Source: Malacoraja senta (taxonomy: Eukaryota). From it: DNA of 64,000 nt. The stretch's first letter is position 1; each line of letters starts with the position of its first letter. A program made the translations under genes and the position numbers. The stretch lies in NCBI GenBank assembly GCA_038087875.1, contig JAXLNO010004884.1, positions 1 to 64,000 of the forward strand, written 5' to 3'. Shown here one piece after another: positions 12,551 through 23,597 of the stretch. The notes under the pieces are model-generated. The model saw only the letters and a list, made by a program, of their open reading frames with translations, searched no databases and was not told the origin of the DNA.

Positions 12551-12880
12551 GTGGGGAGAGAGAAGGTGCAGGTGTGTGGGGGGTAGAGAGAGGGAGTGCG
12601 GAGACAGAGGGCGGGAGAAGTGTGAGGAAGGAGGGAGAGGACTGTGGGGAGAGAGAGGGTGCAGGTGTGTGGAGAGGGAGTGGGGAGAGAGTCGGGAAGG
12701 AATGAAGGAAGAGAGGGGAAGAGAGTGGGGAGAGGGGGGACGTGTGGGGAGAGAGAGGGAGAGTGTGGAGAGGGGAGAGGAGTGGGGACAAAGAGGAGGA
12801 GGTTTGAGGGAGCGGGTAAGGCGAGCGATAGAGACAGAGGTGGAGGGAAGAGTGCGAGAGGTGGAGGGCAGTGAGGAGCA
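12550..12880. repeat. Purine-rich (GA/GGA) low-complexity tract
   Basis: Almost only G and A on the + strand; similar tracts at 7120-7290 and 7630-8080. Confidence 0.85.
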
Positions 12881-12884
12881 TGTG

Positions 12885-13435
12885 GTCATCAGGTCATCCG
12901 TGATAGGAGTAGAATTAGGCCATTCAGCCCATCGATTACTCTGCCACTCAATCATTGCTGATCTATCTCTCCCTCCTAACTCCATTCTCCCGCCTTCTCC
13001 CCATAACCCCTGACCCCGTACTAATCAAAAATCTTTCTACCTCTGCCTTAAAATATCCACTGACTTGGCCTCCACAGCCTTCTCTGGCAAAGAATTCCAC
13101 AGATTCACCTCCCTCTGACTGAAGAAATTCCTCCTCCTCTCCTTCCAACATGAACATCCTTTAATTCTGAGGCTACGCCCTCTAGTCCTCGACTCAACCA
13201 CTGGTGGAAACATCTTCTCCACATCCACTCTATCAAAGCCTTTCACTATTCTGTACGTTTCAATGAGGTCCCGCCTCATTCTTCTAAACTCCAGCGAGTA
13301 CAGGCCCAGTGCCGACAAACGCTCATCATAGGTTAAACTACTCATTCCTGGGATCATTCTTGTAAACCTCCTCTGGACCCTCTCCAGAGCCAGCCTATCC
13401 TTCCTCAGATATGGTGTCCAAAATTGCTCAAATAG
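12885..13435 (-). mobile_element. CR1 LINE 3' end
   Basis: [25 protein letters not shown]...[16 protein letters not shown] plus 3' UTR. Confidence 0.85.
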
Positions 13436-13629
13436 TGATGGGGACTCTGCTGTTTCTGCGGCCATGGGCGAGACTACAGTACGATGTGTTGCCTATCTGG
13501 TGCCAGATCTGAGCGGACACAGGACATTGGGTACTTTTCATAATGACAGGCAGTGACTAGCGGAGTGCCGCAAGGCTCAGTACTGGGACCCCAGTTATTG
13601 ACAATAGATATTAACAATGTAGTCAAAGG

Positions 13630-15485
13630 AATACATAGATACATAGATACATAGAAATTAGGTGCAGGAGTAGGCCATTCGGCCCTTCGAGCCTGCACCG
13701 CCATTCAATACGATCATGGCTGATCATCCAACTCAGTATCCCGTACCTGCCTTCTCTCCATACCCCCTGATCCCTTTAGCCACAAGGGCCACATCTAATT
13801 CCCTCTTAAATATAGCCAATGAACTGGCCTCAACTACCCTCTGTGGCAGAGAGTTCCAGAGATTCACCACTCTCTGTGTGAAAAAGTTTTTCCTCATCTC
13901 GGTCTTAAAGGATTTTCCCCTTATCCTTAAGCTGTGACCCCTTGTCCTGGACTTCCCCAACATCGGGAACAATCTTCCTGCATCTAGCCTGTCCAACCCC
14001 ATAAGAATCTTGTACGTTTCTATAAGATCCCCTCTCAATCTCCTAAATTCTAGCGAGTATAAGCCAAGTCTATCCAGTCTTTCTTCATATGAAAGTCCTG
14101 ACATCCCAGGAATCAGTCTGGTGAACCTTCTCTGCACTCCCTCTATGGCTATAATGTCCTTCCTCAGATTTGGAGACCAAAACTGTACGCAATACTCCAG
14201 GTGTGGTCTCACCAAGACCCTGTACAACTGCAGTAGAACCTCACTGCTCCTATACTCAAATCCTCTTGCTATGAAGGCCAACATACCATTCGCTTTCTTC
14301 ACTGCCTGCTGCACCTGCATGCCTACTTTCAATGACTGGTGTACCATGACACCCAGGTCTCGCTGCATCTCCCCATTTCCTAATCGGCCACCATTTAGAT
14401 AATAGTCTGCCTTCCCGTTTTTGCTACCAAAGTGGATAACCTCACATTTATCCACATTATACTGCATCTGCCAAACATTTGCCCACTCACCCAGCCTATC
14501 CAAGTCACCTTGCAGTCTCCTAGCATCCTCCTCACAGCTAACACTGCCCCCCAGCTTAGTGTCATCCGCAAACTTGGAGATGTTGCTTTCAATTCCCTCG
14601 TCCAGATCATTAATATAAATTGTAAATAGCTGGGGTCCCAGCACTGAGCCTTGTGGTACCCCACTAGTCACTGCCTGCCATTGTGAAAAGGACCCGTTTA
14701 CTCCTACTCTTTGCTTCCTGTTTGCCAGCCAGTTCTCTATCCACATCAATACTGAACCCCCAATACCGTGTGATTTAAGTTTGTATCCTAATCTCTTATG
14801 TGGTACCTTGTCGAAAGCCTTCTGAAAGTCCAGATACAACACATCCACTGGTTCTCCCCTATCCACTCTACTAGTTACATCCTCGAAAAATTCTATAAGA
14901 TTCGTCAGACACGATTTACCTTTCGTAAATCCATGCTGACTTTGTCCAATGATTTCACCACTTTCCAAATGTGCTGCTATCCCATCTTTAATAACTGACT
15001 CTAGCAGTTTCCCCACTACAGATGTTAGACTAACTGGTCTGTAATTCCCCGTTTTCTCTCTCCCTCCCTTCTTAAAAAGTGGGGTTACGTTTGCTACCCT
15101 CCAATCCTCAGGAACTACTCCAGAATCTAAAGAGTTTTGAAAAATTATCACTAATGCATCCACTATTTCTGGAGCTACTTCCTTAAGTACTCTGGGATGC
15201 AGCCTATCTGGCCCTGGTGATTTATCGGCCTTTAATCCATTCAATTTACCCAACACCACTTCCCGACTAACCTGGATTTCACTCAGTTCCTCCATCTCCT
15301 TTGACCCGCGGCCCCCTGCTATTTCCGGCAGATTATTTATGTCTTCCTTAGTGAAGACGGAACCAAAGTAGTTATTCAATTGGTCTGCCATATCCTTGTT
15401 CCCCATGATCAATTCACCTGTTTCTGACTGCAAGGGACCTACATTTGATTTAACTAATCTCTTTCTCTTCACATATCTATAAAAA
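13630..15485 (-). mobile_element. Young 5'-truncated CR1 LINE with uninterrupted RT and (ctatgtat)n tail
   Basis: About 580 codons of ORF2 without a stop ([39 protein letters not shown]) down to the stop at 13733; tail repeat at 13635-13655. Confidence 0.93.
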
Positions 15486-15487
15486 CT

Positions 15488-15909
15488 AATGGCATGTTGG
15501 CCTTCATAGCAAGAGGATTTCAGTATAGGAGCAAGGAGGTCCAACTGCAGTTGTACAGGGCACTGGTGAGACCACACCTGGAGTATTGTGTACAGTTTTG
15601 GTCTCCCTAATTTCTGTAAGGACATTATTGCTATAGAGGGAATGCAGCGTAGATTCACCAGCTTAATTCCCGGGATGGCGCGACTGACATATGATGAAAG
15701 AATTGATCGACTGGGCTTATATCCACTGGCATTTAGAAGGATTAGAGTGGATCTTATAGATACATAAAATTCTTAAGGGATTGGACAGTCTAGATGCAGG
15801 AAAAATGTTCCCAATGTTGGAGGAGTCGCAGTTTAAGAATAAGGGGTAGGCCATTTAGGACTGAGATGAGGAAAACCTTTTCCACCCAAAGAGTTGTGAA
15901 TCTGTGGAA
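15488..15909 (+). mobile_element. Older CR1 3' fragment
   Basis: aatggcatgttggccttcatagcaagagg...gtgaatctgtggaatt; frameshifted relative to the intact copies. Confidence 0.8.
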
Positions 15910-15975
15910 TTTTACTTCGGAGTCACGTGAGTGACTACGTGAAGAAGAGCCCGTCCAGCCGCACACGCGTCATAT
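15910..15975 (+). mobile_element. Isolated left terminus of a DIRS1-type element
   Basis: tttacttcggagtcacgtgagtgactacgtgaagaa matches the left end of the DIRS at 17564 and the reverse complement of its internal complementary region. Confidence 0.75.
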
Positions 15976-16089
15976 CGGTGTATGTGGTCCAGAGACCTTT
16001 CATTGCGCATTGTCGCCCATTTTATACGCAGTTTCCCTTTTTATTATTTTTTAAAAGAAGCACCTTATTTATTATAAACAAAGATAATA

Positions 16090-16437
16090 ATGGTCTAACA
16101 TAGAAGGCTAAGAGACCAAGATAAACTGCTAAATCCAATGGACTGACGTGGATTAAACTGCGAGGCATAACGGGGATCGGGGTCTTATTCCTAAAATGGT
16201 GGAAGTGACGTTCCGTTGCGTTCCGATACGTACTACACATCAGTCCATTGGATTTCGTAAGAGTGGTCTATCTTGCTCCTCTAGTATCTTTGACCAAAGA
16301 TCCTATAGCGGAGCAAGATGGACCACTCCTGCGATAAACATGCAGTACGGTGATGGGCAGATCCATGGGTAATTATAGGACCCATTTCCGTAACCAGCTT
16401 CCGTCCATCTTGCTTCCGCACAAAGATAGGATCTTTG
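16090..16437. mobile_element. Cluster of inverted repeats or MITEs with CAAAGAT termini (P-superfamily-like)
   Basis: aaatccaatggactga (16130) versus tcagtccattggattt (16240); gagtggtctatcttgctcc...atctttg (16261-16292) versus caaagatcctatagcggagcaagatggaccactc (16295-16328); another ataggatctttg ends at 16437. Confidence 0.6.
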
Positions 16438-17777
16438 CTTCCGCCTCCCTCCGCACTCGTATCTTTGCTTTGTCCATGGTGTCCACGTCTACTAGTGTGG
16501 CATTCTGCTCTGCGGTAAATTGTTCCAATCACCAATGTAGGCGACCCCACTTGTCTTTCTTCAGTTTCCCCATTAAGGAGGAAAGGTAAGAAAACATGTA
16601 TTACTTCTGTGGCATATTGAAAATGTTATTTAGCCTGTTCAATCTCTCACTGTAGTTAGATCATAGAGATCAGATAGTCGAGTCCTCATGGCAACATCCT
16701 TGTAAAAATCTTCTCTTTCTACCTCTCTGTTATTTAATGCAGAATAAGAACATACTGACTCTGTTTTATACTGACAATTGTATGAAGTCTGCCCGAACTC
16801 TCACTATAGTTCAGAGCTGGGTGCTCCCCTTTGTCCCAGATACAGTCGAGGCCTCATGGCAACATCCTTGTAAACATCTTCTCCTCAAGAGCATTTTCTT
16901 TCTACCTCTCTGTCATTTAATGTAGAATAAGAACATATTGACTGCATGATATTTTCTGTAATTTCAGATGTCGACAGTGGGTCCAGAATACTCGTCGACA
17001 TGATCTCCTACAGCGAACTGCGGAGTATTTGTCAAATAACTGCCGTCTTTGTTCTGAGCATTTCGAACTTGACCAGTTTTCCCACAAGCAGGCCAAGAAC
17101 AGGCTAAATTGGAATGCAGTTCCAACGCTCTTTGACATCAACTAACCCACCGAAACATCTGTCTACCCAACGCAGGATACTGAAGAGGAAGAATGAGAAC
17201 CTCCCATCTTCACCGAAGCTTCAAAGCAGCAAAGAGGCAAGTAATTTTTAAATTAACATTTATTTTCTCACTTATGCTGAATTACAATGCTGGATCCTAA
17301 CTTATACAATTGTCAGTGGCACAATATGTAATAACATGTTTGACACTTATATTTTCATGTGTGAGATGTTCGAGAACATTCCAGAGCAAATGCCGGAACG
17401 CCGCTCACCAACCCTGTGTCTCGGCGGCATGCGGCCACCATCAGCCGTGGTGAGAGAGGAGCGGGCAAAGAGGGACCCTGACTGGGACCGGAGTAGCGGA
17501 CAGCTGCAGTAACCAACGCGTCCTGGGAGACAGTTTCATGTAAGATCATTATTTAACTTTCAATTTCACTTCGGACTCACGAGAGTGACTACGTGAAGAA
17601 CCCGCCAGCCCGCATGCGTGTATTACGTCTACTGCATGGCACCACGACTGGCTGACAGGCGCGTAGCTCCTGCCACCGGTAAGTTAACAGACCCGCAGGT
17701 AAGTTCTAGAGCTTATTCTGAGGTTGTGTATTCGTTCAAACTTGTTTTGCAGGGTCGCTACAATTTGAACGAGAAAT

Positions 17778-18770
17778 ATGGACAAAATGAAGACTAGACG
17801 GTCCACGGGGAGATCCGCTACAGAAGACCGCGGGACCGCGGGTAGCGGCGGGCCGTCAAATTCACCACCCCAGCCGCTGATGATAATTCCAGTGACTGCA
17901 GACTTGGTGTTTCTGCAGAGCACCGTGGCTATCCCGAGGGGGGGGGGGAAAGCCAAGCAGATGTCTGCGAGGCCTATAGACTCAGATGAGTCAGGCCAGG
18001 AGGGTGCAACTCCTACTATGGGTAGCATCGCCGGATGCCTGTCCCGAATGGAGCACCTCATGGAGAGGATGCTCCAACATGATGCACTCCTTAGATCGGA
18101 GTTATATCAGCGCGGGTCTCCGAGACAGCCCGTGGCAGCACCTGATACAGCGCTACTAGATGTCTCCCTCTCTGAGGAGGGGAGCATCCATAGTCAGTTG
18201 TGGGCTGACTCAGAGTTGGGCAATATGTCCAGTGGGCATACTAAAATGCACAGGCAGAGAGGAACAGAGACACTCGCCATAGCATCAACATTTGTGATGC
18301 CATCACAAACTGGAGAGCCGCTCGAAGGAGAACTCGCGGCAAATATCAACTATCTGGTTTCACACCAGCTTCAAGACGAAGTAATGGTGGACATGGCCAT
18401 GAGGCACCACACACCCATTAACTGTACATCATTAAGTGTGCCGGCTGTCAACAGCTCAATATGGAATCATCTGGGTGGAGGCATAAGGAACCAGGAGGTA
18501 CAACTCCAGAAAATTATGGGCCTGCTGGCTTCAGGCATCACGGCTTTTGCCACCTCAGTGAATGGAGTTCCGTTGTCGGAGGACCAACAAGATGCACTTG
18601 CTCTGCTATGCAACGCGCACTTCGAGATCAACTGCTACCGAAAGAATGCCATCCGGCCCACCCTCAATCCTAAATTTGCAGCATTATGTAAACCCAGTCG
18701 CCGAACTACCTATTTGGTGAAAACCTACCTGAACAGGTCAAAGACCTGGATGACGAGGCAAAAGCATTAG
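17778..18770 (+). CDS. DIRS gag-like ORF1 (330 aa, probably frameshifted at the C-terminus)
   Basis: First ORF after the left ITR; PINCTSLSVPAVNSSIW...QLQKIMGLL...DALALLCNAHFEIN..R...IRPTLNPKF resembles DIRS gag. Confidence 0.75.
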   Translation: MDKMKTRRSTGRSATEDRGTAGSGGPSNSPPQPLMIIPVTADLVFLQSTVAIPRGGGKAKQMSARPIDSDESGQEGATPTMGSIAGCLSRMEHLMERMLQHDALLRSELYQRGSPRQPVAAPDTALLDVSLSEEGSIHSQLWADSELGNMSSGHTKMHRQRGTETLAIASTFVMPSQTGEPLEGELAANINYLVSHQLQDEVMVDMAMRHHTPINCTSLSVPAVNSSIWNHLGGGIRNQEVQLQKIMGLLASGITAFATSVNGVPLSEDQQDALALLCNAHFEINCYRKNAIRPTLNPKFAALCKPSRRTTYLVKTYLNRSKTWMTRQKH

Positions 18771-18989
18771 GGCTAATCCAGGCTTCATCAGCCAACAGAG
18801 TTTCGGCTTTCCGGCGGCAACATCCATATGCCTCTACCAGCAGCAATCGTTTCCCTGAAGCTGGTAGCAGCATGAAGTCGGACAATTATGAGTCAAAGTC
18901 TTTTTTAGGGCATGGCCAAGGCCGGCCCTCCTTCAAAATGCTCACCTGGTCTCCTCCAGGAGCTCTACCCCCCAGAGCTCGGTGACGGA

Positions 18990-19737
18990 AATTCATTCTA
19001 TGGAGCCGCCAGTTACCATGAAGGTAGGTGGATATGGTTTATTTTAGAACATAGGGTGTGCACCACTCACAAGTTAGGGAATTAGCTATTTTAAACATTT
19101 GGCATTAGAGAGATGCAGGAGTCACCAGTTCCTTTACGGTACAAGTACTAACCACCTAGAGTTAATGGGTGCACGCTATAGGTTAAGACTAATTGCGTGA
19201 ATATGCATCAACTGCATGTTCAACTTTAATTAACAACACCACAGCAGTGGCTTATAGTTAATTACATGGGTGAATTAAGGCCATATGCTATGTTAATTGG
19301 CTACCTTATTTACACTGATGATTTGCAAGGAATATCTGAATGTCACCTGTCAGGTAGACTCAATATAATGTTAGACACCGGGGTACGATAATTCAGTGAT
19401 ACATCAGAATGGATACAATAATATGGTTACCGGTATGGACAAAGGATATCGACTCGTCTGTGTACAGACTAAGTGTCCAGTTACTAAGCATGTTGCACAT
19501 ATGCAAGGCCCAAAGACAGAGGCGGTGGAGGTACTCCCGCAACTCCGGGGAAGGATGTGCTTTTATACATTTCCCCCGTTCTGCCTTCATCAGTCAACGC
19601 TTGCTTATGGTCAGGCGAGACCTGCCTCAGGCTTCCTGGTAAACCCAGGCTGGCCGACACAGCCATGGTTCTCTATTCGGGGTATGATCAGCCTTTTATG
19701 GCCGTCCCCAAGGCAGTATCTGCATTCCACCCTGTAA
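18990..19737 (+). pseudogene. DIRS RT/RNase H/methyltransferase-like remnant, heavily deleted
   Basis: FYTFPPF and LVNPGWPTQPWF motifs, as in the DIRS MT-like domain; most of RT is absent. Confidence 0.6.
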
Positions 19738-19822
19738 CAGAGGGAGGGATAAAACATCCTCTCCATGACTAAATTAAATTATTGGTTCACAGAGTCTGAG
19801 AAGACCTTTCCTGGGGCTCGGA

Positions 19823-20769
19823 TTGACTGAACGCACGGTGAATGTACTGACTGCAGCCTGGAGAGACAGTACGAAGAAACAATACGTTTCCCATATTAGG
19901 AAGTGGGAAGAGTACTGTTCGCTAGCCAATATATCATATGACTCAGCACACATAACCGATGTGTTAGAGTTTCTCTCCAAACAATTTTTTGAAAAGAATT
20001 TAAGTTATAGTGCTATTAACTGTGCCCGAAGTGCACTATCGGCATATCTGGGGCCAAGATTGGGACAACAACCTGTTGGGTCACACCCTCTAGTGTCCAG
20101 GTTCATGAAGGGCATCTTCAACACTAAACCTCCCAGGCCCAGATATACGGAAATATGGGATTTAGGTACAGTATTAACTCTGCTCCGCCGGTGGGCGCTG
20201 GCAACATCCCTGTCCCTGGCCCAGCTCACATACAAAGTAGTGATGCTCATGGCGCTGGTGTAAGCGCAACGGGCCCAGTCGTTACACAAGCTCCGACTGG
20301 ACCGAATGATCTATCTGCCAATAGCATAAGGTTCTACTTGTATGACCTAGTTAAGCAAAGCAGACCAGGTACATCCGGTCTCAAGCTGTGTTTTGCGGCT
20401 TACCCCTTGGACATCCAGCCATGTGTGGTAACACACCTACAACTTCATATTAAGGTCACTAAAAGCCTCAGGGGCTCGGAACTAGCATTATTTGTTAGTT
20501 TTAAGAAACCTCATAATAAGGTTTCAGTTCAGACCATTTCCAGGTGGCTGAAACAGGTCCTGACATATGCAGGAGTTAATACTGATTATTTTAAATCTCA
20601 CTCCACCAGGGCAGCATCAACGTCTGCAGCGAGGACAATGGACGTCCCGCTAGACCATATACTAGCAACCGCAGGATGGTCAGGACAACGTACATTTCAG
20701 GCATTTTATAATAAACCTGTCACCAGACCAAGGGCTTTTGCCAACACCGTTTTAAGTTCTGTTACATAG
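19823..20769 (+). pseudogene. DIRS tyrosine recombinase (nonsense codon plus frameshift)
   Basis: VGSHPLVSRFMKGIFNTKPPRPRY; LMALV*AQR; catalytic end HSTRAAS...AGWS...TFQAFY. TAA at ~20261 and a frame change near 20320. Confidence 0.88.
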
Positions 20770-23597
20770 TTTCCCTGGATGAGAGGATCTACTATTATTA
20801 TGATTTGTCCATTAAAAACATCAGCATGTTTTCAAACATTTGTCATGTCTGAATGCACTTATCTCTCATCCTTGGTCAACCTATACAGTTGTGTGGCTTG
20901 GACTTGTGTCCATGGCATGAAATCACAGAGCTTCGAAGTCTTCACGTAGTCACTCACGTGACTCCGAAGTGAAATAGTAAGATTAAACGAGAACTTACCA
21001 GTTTGAATTTTGATTATTTTATGAGGAGTTACGATGAGGGATTACGTGCCCTCCGCTCCCAATCCTCTCTCATAAAGGTCAGCTCGTAGTTCTAGTTTCT
21101 CGAACCTTACTATATTCAGTTCATCAACCGTTATCTGTGATTTCACACCGCTGCTTTGACGATTGACGCGCATGCGGGCTGACGGGTTCTTCACGTAATC
21201 CCTCATCGTAACCCCTCATAAAATAAAGATCAAACTTCAAACTGGTAGGTTCTCATTTAATCTTACTATTTTTGTAGTCTGAAATTGGTGCATCACATTA
21301 ATGAGAATTACCAGTAGATGCTGATTTATTTACATGTATATGCTAAATCCATTTCATTTATATACCTCTTTTAACCCCTTTCTAACTTTTTTTTCCTTGG
21401 CAGTGTCACACAACATACAGGCCGACCATTCTTACTGCTTGTGGACCAGATTCGTGAGAATGGACTTCAATTCACACCAGATGTAAATCACAGAAGAGCT
21501 CTGAAGAATGAAATACAGCGTACTTTCCGCCTCAAGAAAAGGGTGCAACAGATGAAGAAATCAACGAAAAAGGGAACTACAGAAAGCAATGCAATTAGTG
21601 ACTTGATCGGAGGAGAATTTTTACTAGAACCAGCAAAGTCTTTCTTTGCGTCACAATTACGGAATGCGTCAGGACGTAGAAGAGCAAGAGGAAGACGATG
21701 GAGTTATTCAGACAAGGTACTTGCCTTGTCCCTCTACCACCAGAGTCCCCGAGCAGATCAGTTGTGCCAGTGCATGTTCACACTTCCATCAATTTCATCC
21801 CTGCGTAGATGGTTGCGTGATGTCGAAGTAAGACTGGGATTTCCCCCTGAAACCTTGGAGCTTTTGAAGGACAGAGTAGCAGGCATGACAGAGAGGGATA
21901 CATTCTGTATCGTCTCCTTTGATGAAATGAGTCTACGTGCAGGCCTCTCGTACAGTATTACTGAAGATACAGTTGAGGGTTTTGAGGACTTTGGATCGCT
22001 AGGGAAGACGTCACGGCCTGCCCACCATACTCTTGTTTTCATGGTTAGAGGCCTGTTTGGGAAATGGAAACAGCCTGTAGGTTACTTTCTGTGGTGAGAC
22101 TGCACAAGGGTGGACAAACTGCAAATATTACTCAATGAATGCTTACATAAGGTTAAGGCTATTGGACTACAGCCTAAGGCCGTGGTTTGTGACCAAGGCC
22201 CAAGCAATGTTCGACTCTACAACAACCTGGGTGTGACAGAAAATCATCCTTTCTTCATCTACGGAGAAACCAAGATCTTTTGCCTGCATGACCCGCCACA
22301 CATGCTAAAACACGAGATCAAATTTGGAGAAGTATGTTTTTGAGGTCATTGGAGAGGATGGCAGAAAGAAACGTATCAAGTGGGCACATATTCACGCATT
22401 TTTTTAAATTGAATCACAGTTGCACATTAGAATAGTCCATAAACTGACCAGAGGCCACTTTGTTCTGAACAGCTTCTCCAAAATGAGAGTCAACAAAGCA
22501 GCGCAGGTGCTCAGCCATTCGGTAGCATCAGGCGTGTAAACCTATTCATCTATTGGAAAGTTGCCTGGGGAGGGAGGCTGCTTATACTGCGGAGTTCATT
22601 GCAATGATAGACGGACGATTTGATGCATTTAACAGCAGGTGTCTCAAGGCCAAAACAATTATGAGGAGGCCCATGTCTGAAAACTCTGCGCATTGATCAT
22701 TCTTTGAATCATGCTTGCCTGTACTGCAAAGATTCAATGTGCTGGGAGCAAACAATGTATTGTTTGTCAAAGGATGGTGGCTTGCAATTTCTTGTATTTC
22801 ACAGCTGTGGTAGCACATAAAGGAAAAATACAGGCACTCATTTCATGCTCACATCCAGGCTTAATGAGGATGTCGTTGAGAATTTATTCTCCACCATTCG
22901 GCGAAAGGGCAGATTCTGAGAAAACCCATCAGTGAAGGAGTTTCTCTGTGCTTTAGAATGGTCATGGTAGCTGAACTGATAAAGCCAGTTCTGAGTGGCT
23001 TTATCAATTCTGAGTGCAACCCGTTCACCTGACCATGCAAAATTTATCTTGACACTGCAAACACTGACAAAGGACAGAGTCAAGAAACCACCTCCATCTC
23101 TCTCCCATACCAATAGGGCACAACAGAACAATGTTGTTTGCAGCATTTCACTTGATCTCCCTGAAGACAATACACTGGCTTACATCGCAGGTTACATCTC
23201 TCGTAGAATCCTCACCTCACATGAACTGACCTCAAAATGTCACACATGCAGAGAAGTTCTGCTACAACCTGATACCACCTTTGTTGATCCTGCCCTCATA
23301 TTCATGCACCATAAGGCATATGACACATCGACATCTGACTTCAGCTCCCTGTTGGTGCCTTCTGAATACTTTCTCACGTTCTGTGGGGTGTGCGAGAAAG
23401 TGTTCTGCACAGAATTTGACAATGTTAACATGAGCAGGAACAACATTTCCCATCTAATAAATACAGCAATACACAATACTCAGGAATACAAGGACATGAA
23501 CTTGTACTGCCAGAGTCAAGGCACGAATTGTAGCAATCTTTGTAAGTGTTCACATACGTTATGGACTCAAATTTAAGAATAGAAACCTGCAGGACTT

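Larger units (their letters stand above)
17564..21271 (+). mobile_element. DIRS1-type tyrosine-recombinase retrotransposon with ITRs and internal complementary region
   Basis: Left ITR core 17590-17620 is inverse to 21164-21197; the ICR (~20939-21048) is complementary to both terminal extensions. Contains gag-like, RT/RNaseH/methyltransferase remnants and YR ORFs. Confidence 0.92.
16476..23576 (+). pseudogene. P-element-superfamily (THAP9-like) transposase, copy 2; exons 16476-16585, 16968-17236, 21404-~23576; DIRS inserted in intron 2
   Basis: MVSTSTSVAFCSAVNCSNHQC...FPIKEER|gt; exon 2 collinear with 551-819; SFDEMSL, WKQPVGYF, VVCDQGPSN, HDPPH. Multiple frameshifts. The 3' region resumes after the L1 at 26225. 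Confidence 0.88.

Noticed and set aside
13630-15909. Opposed CR1 segments suggesting a twin-priming inversion
   Set aside because: The + fragment covers sequence already present in the minus copy and is more decayed; better explained as insertion into an older CR1.
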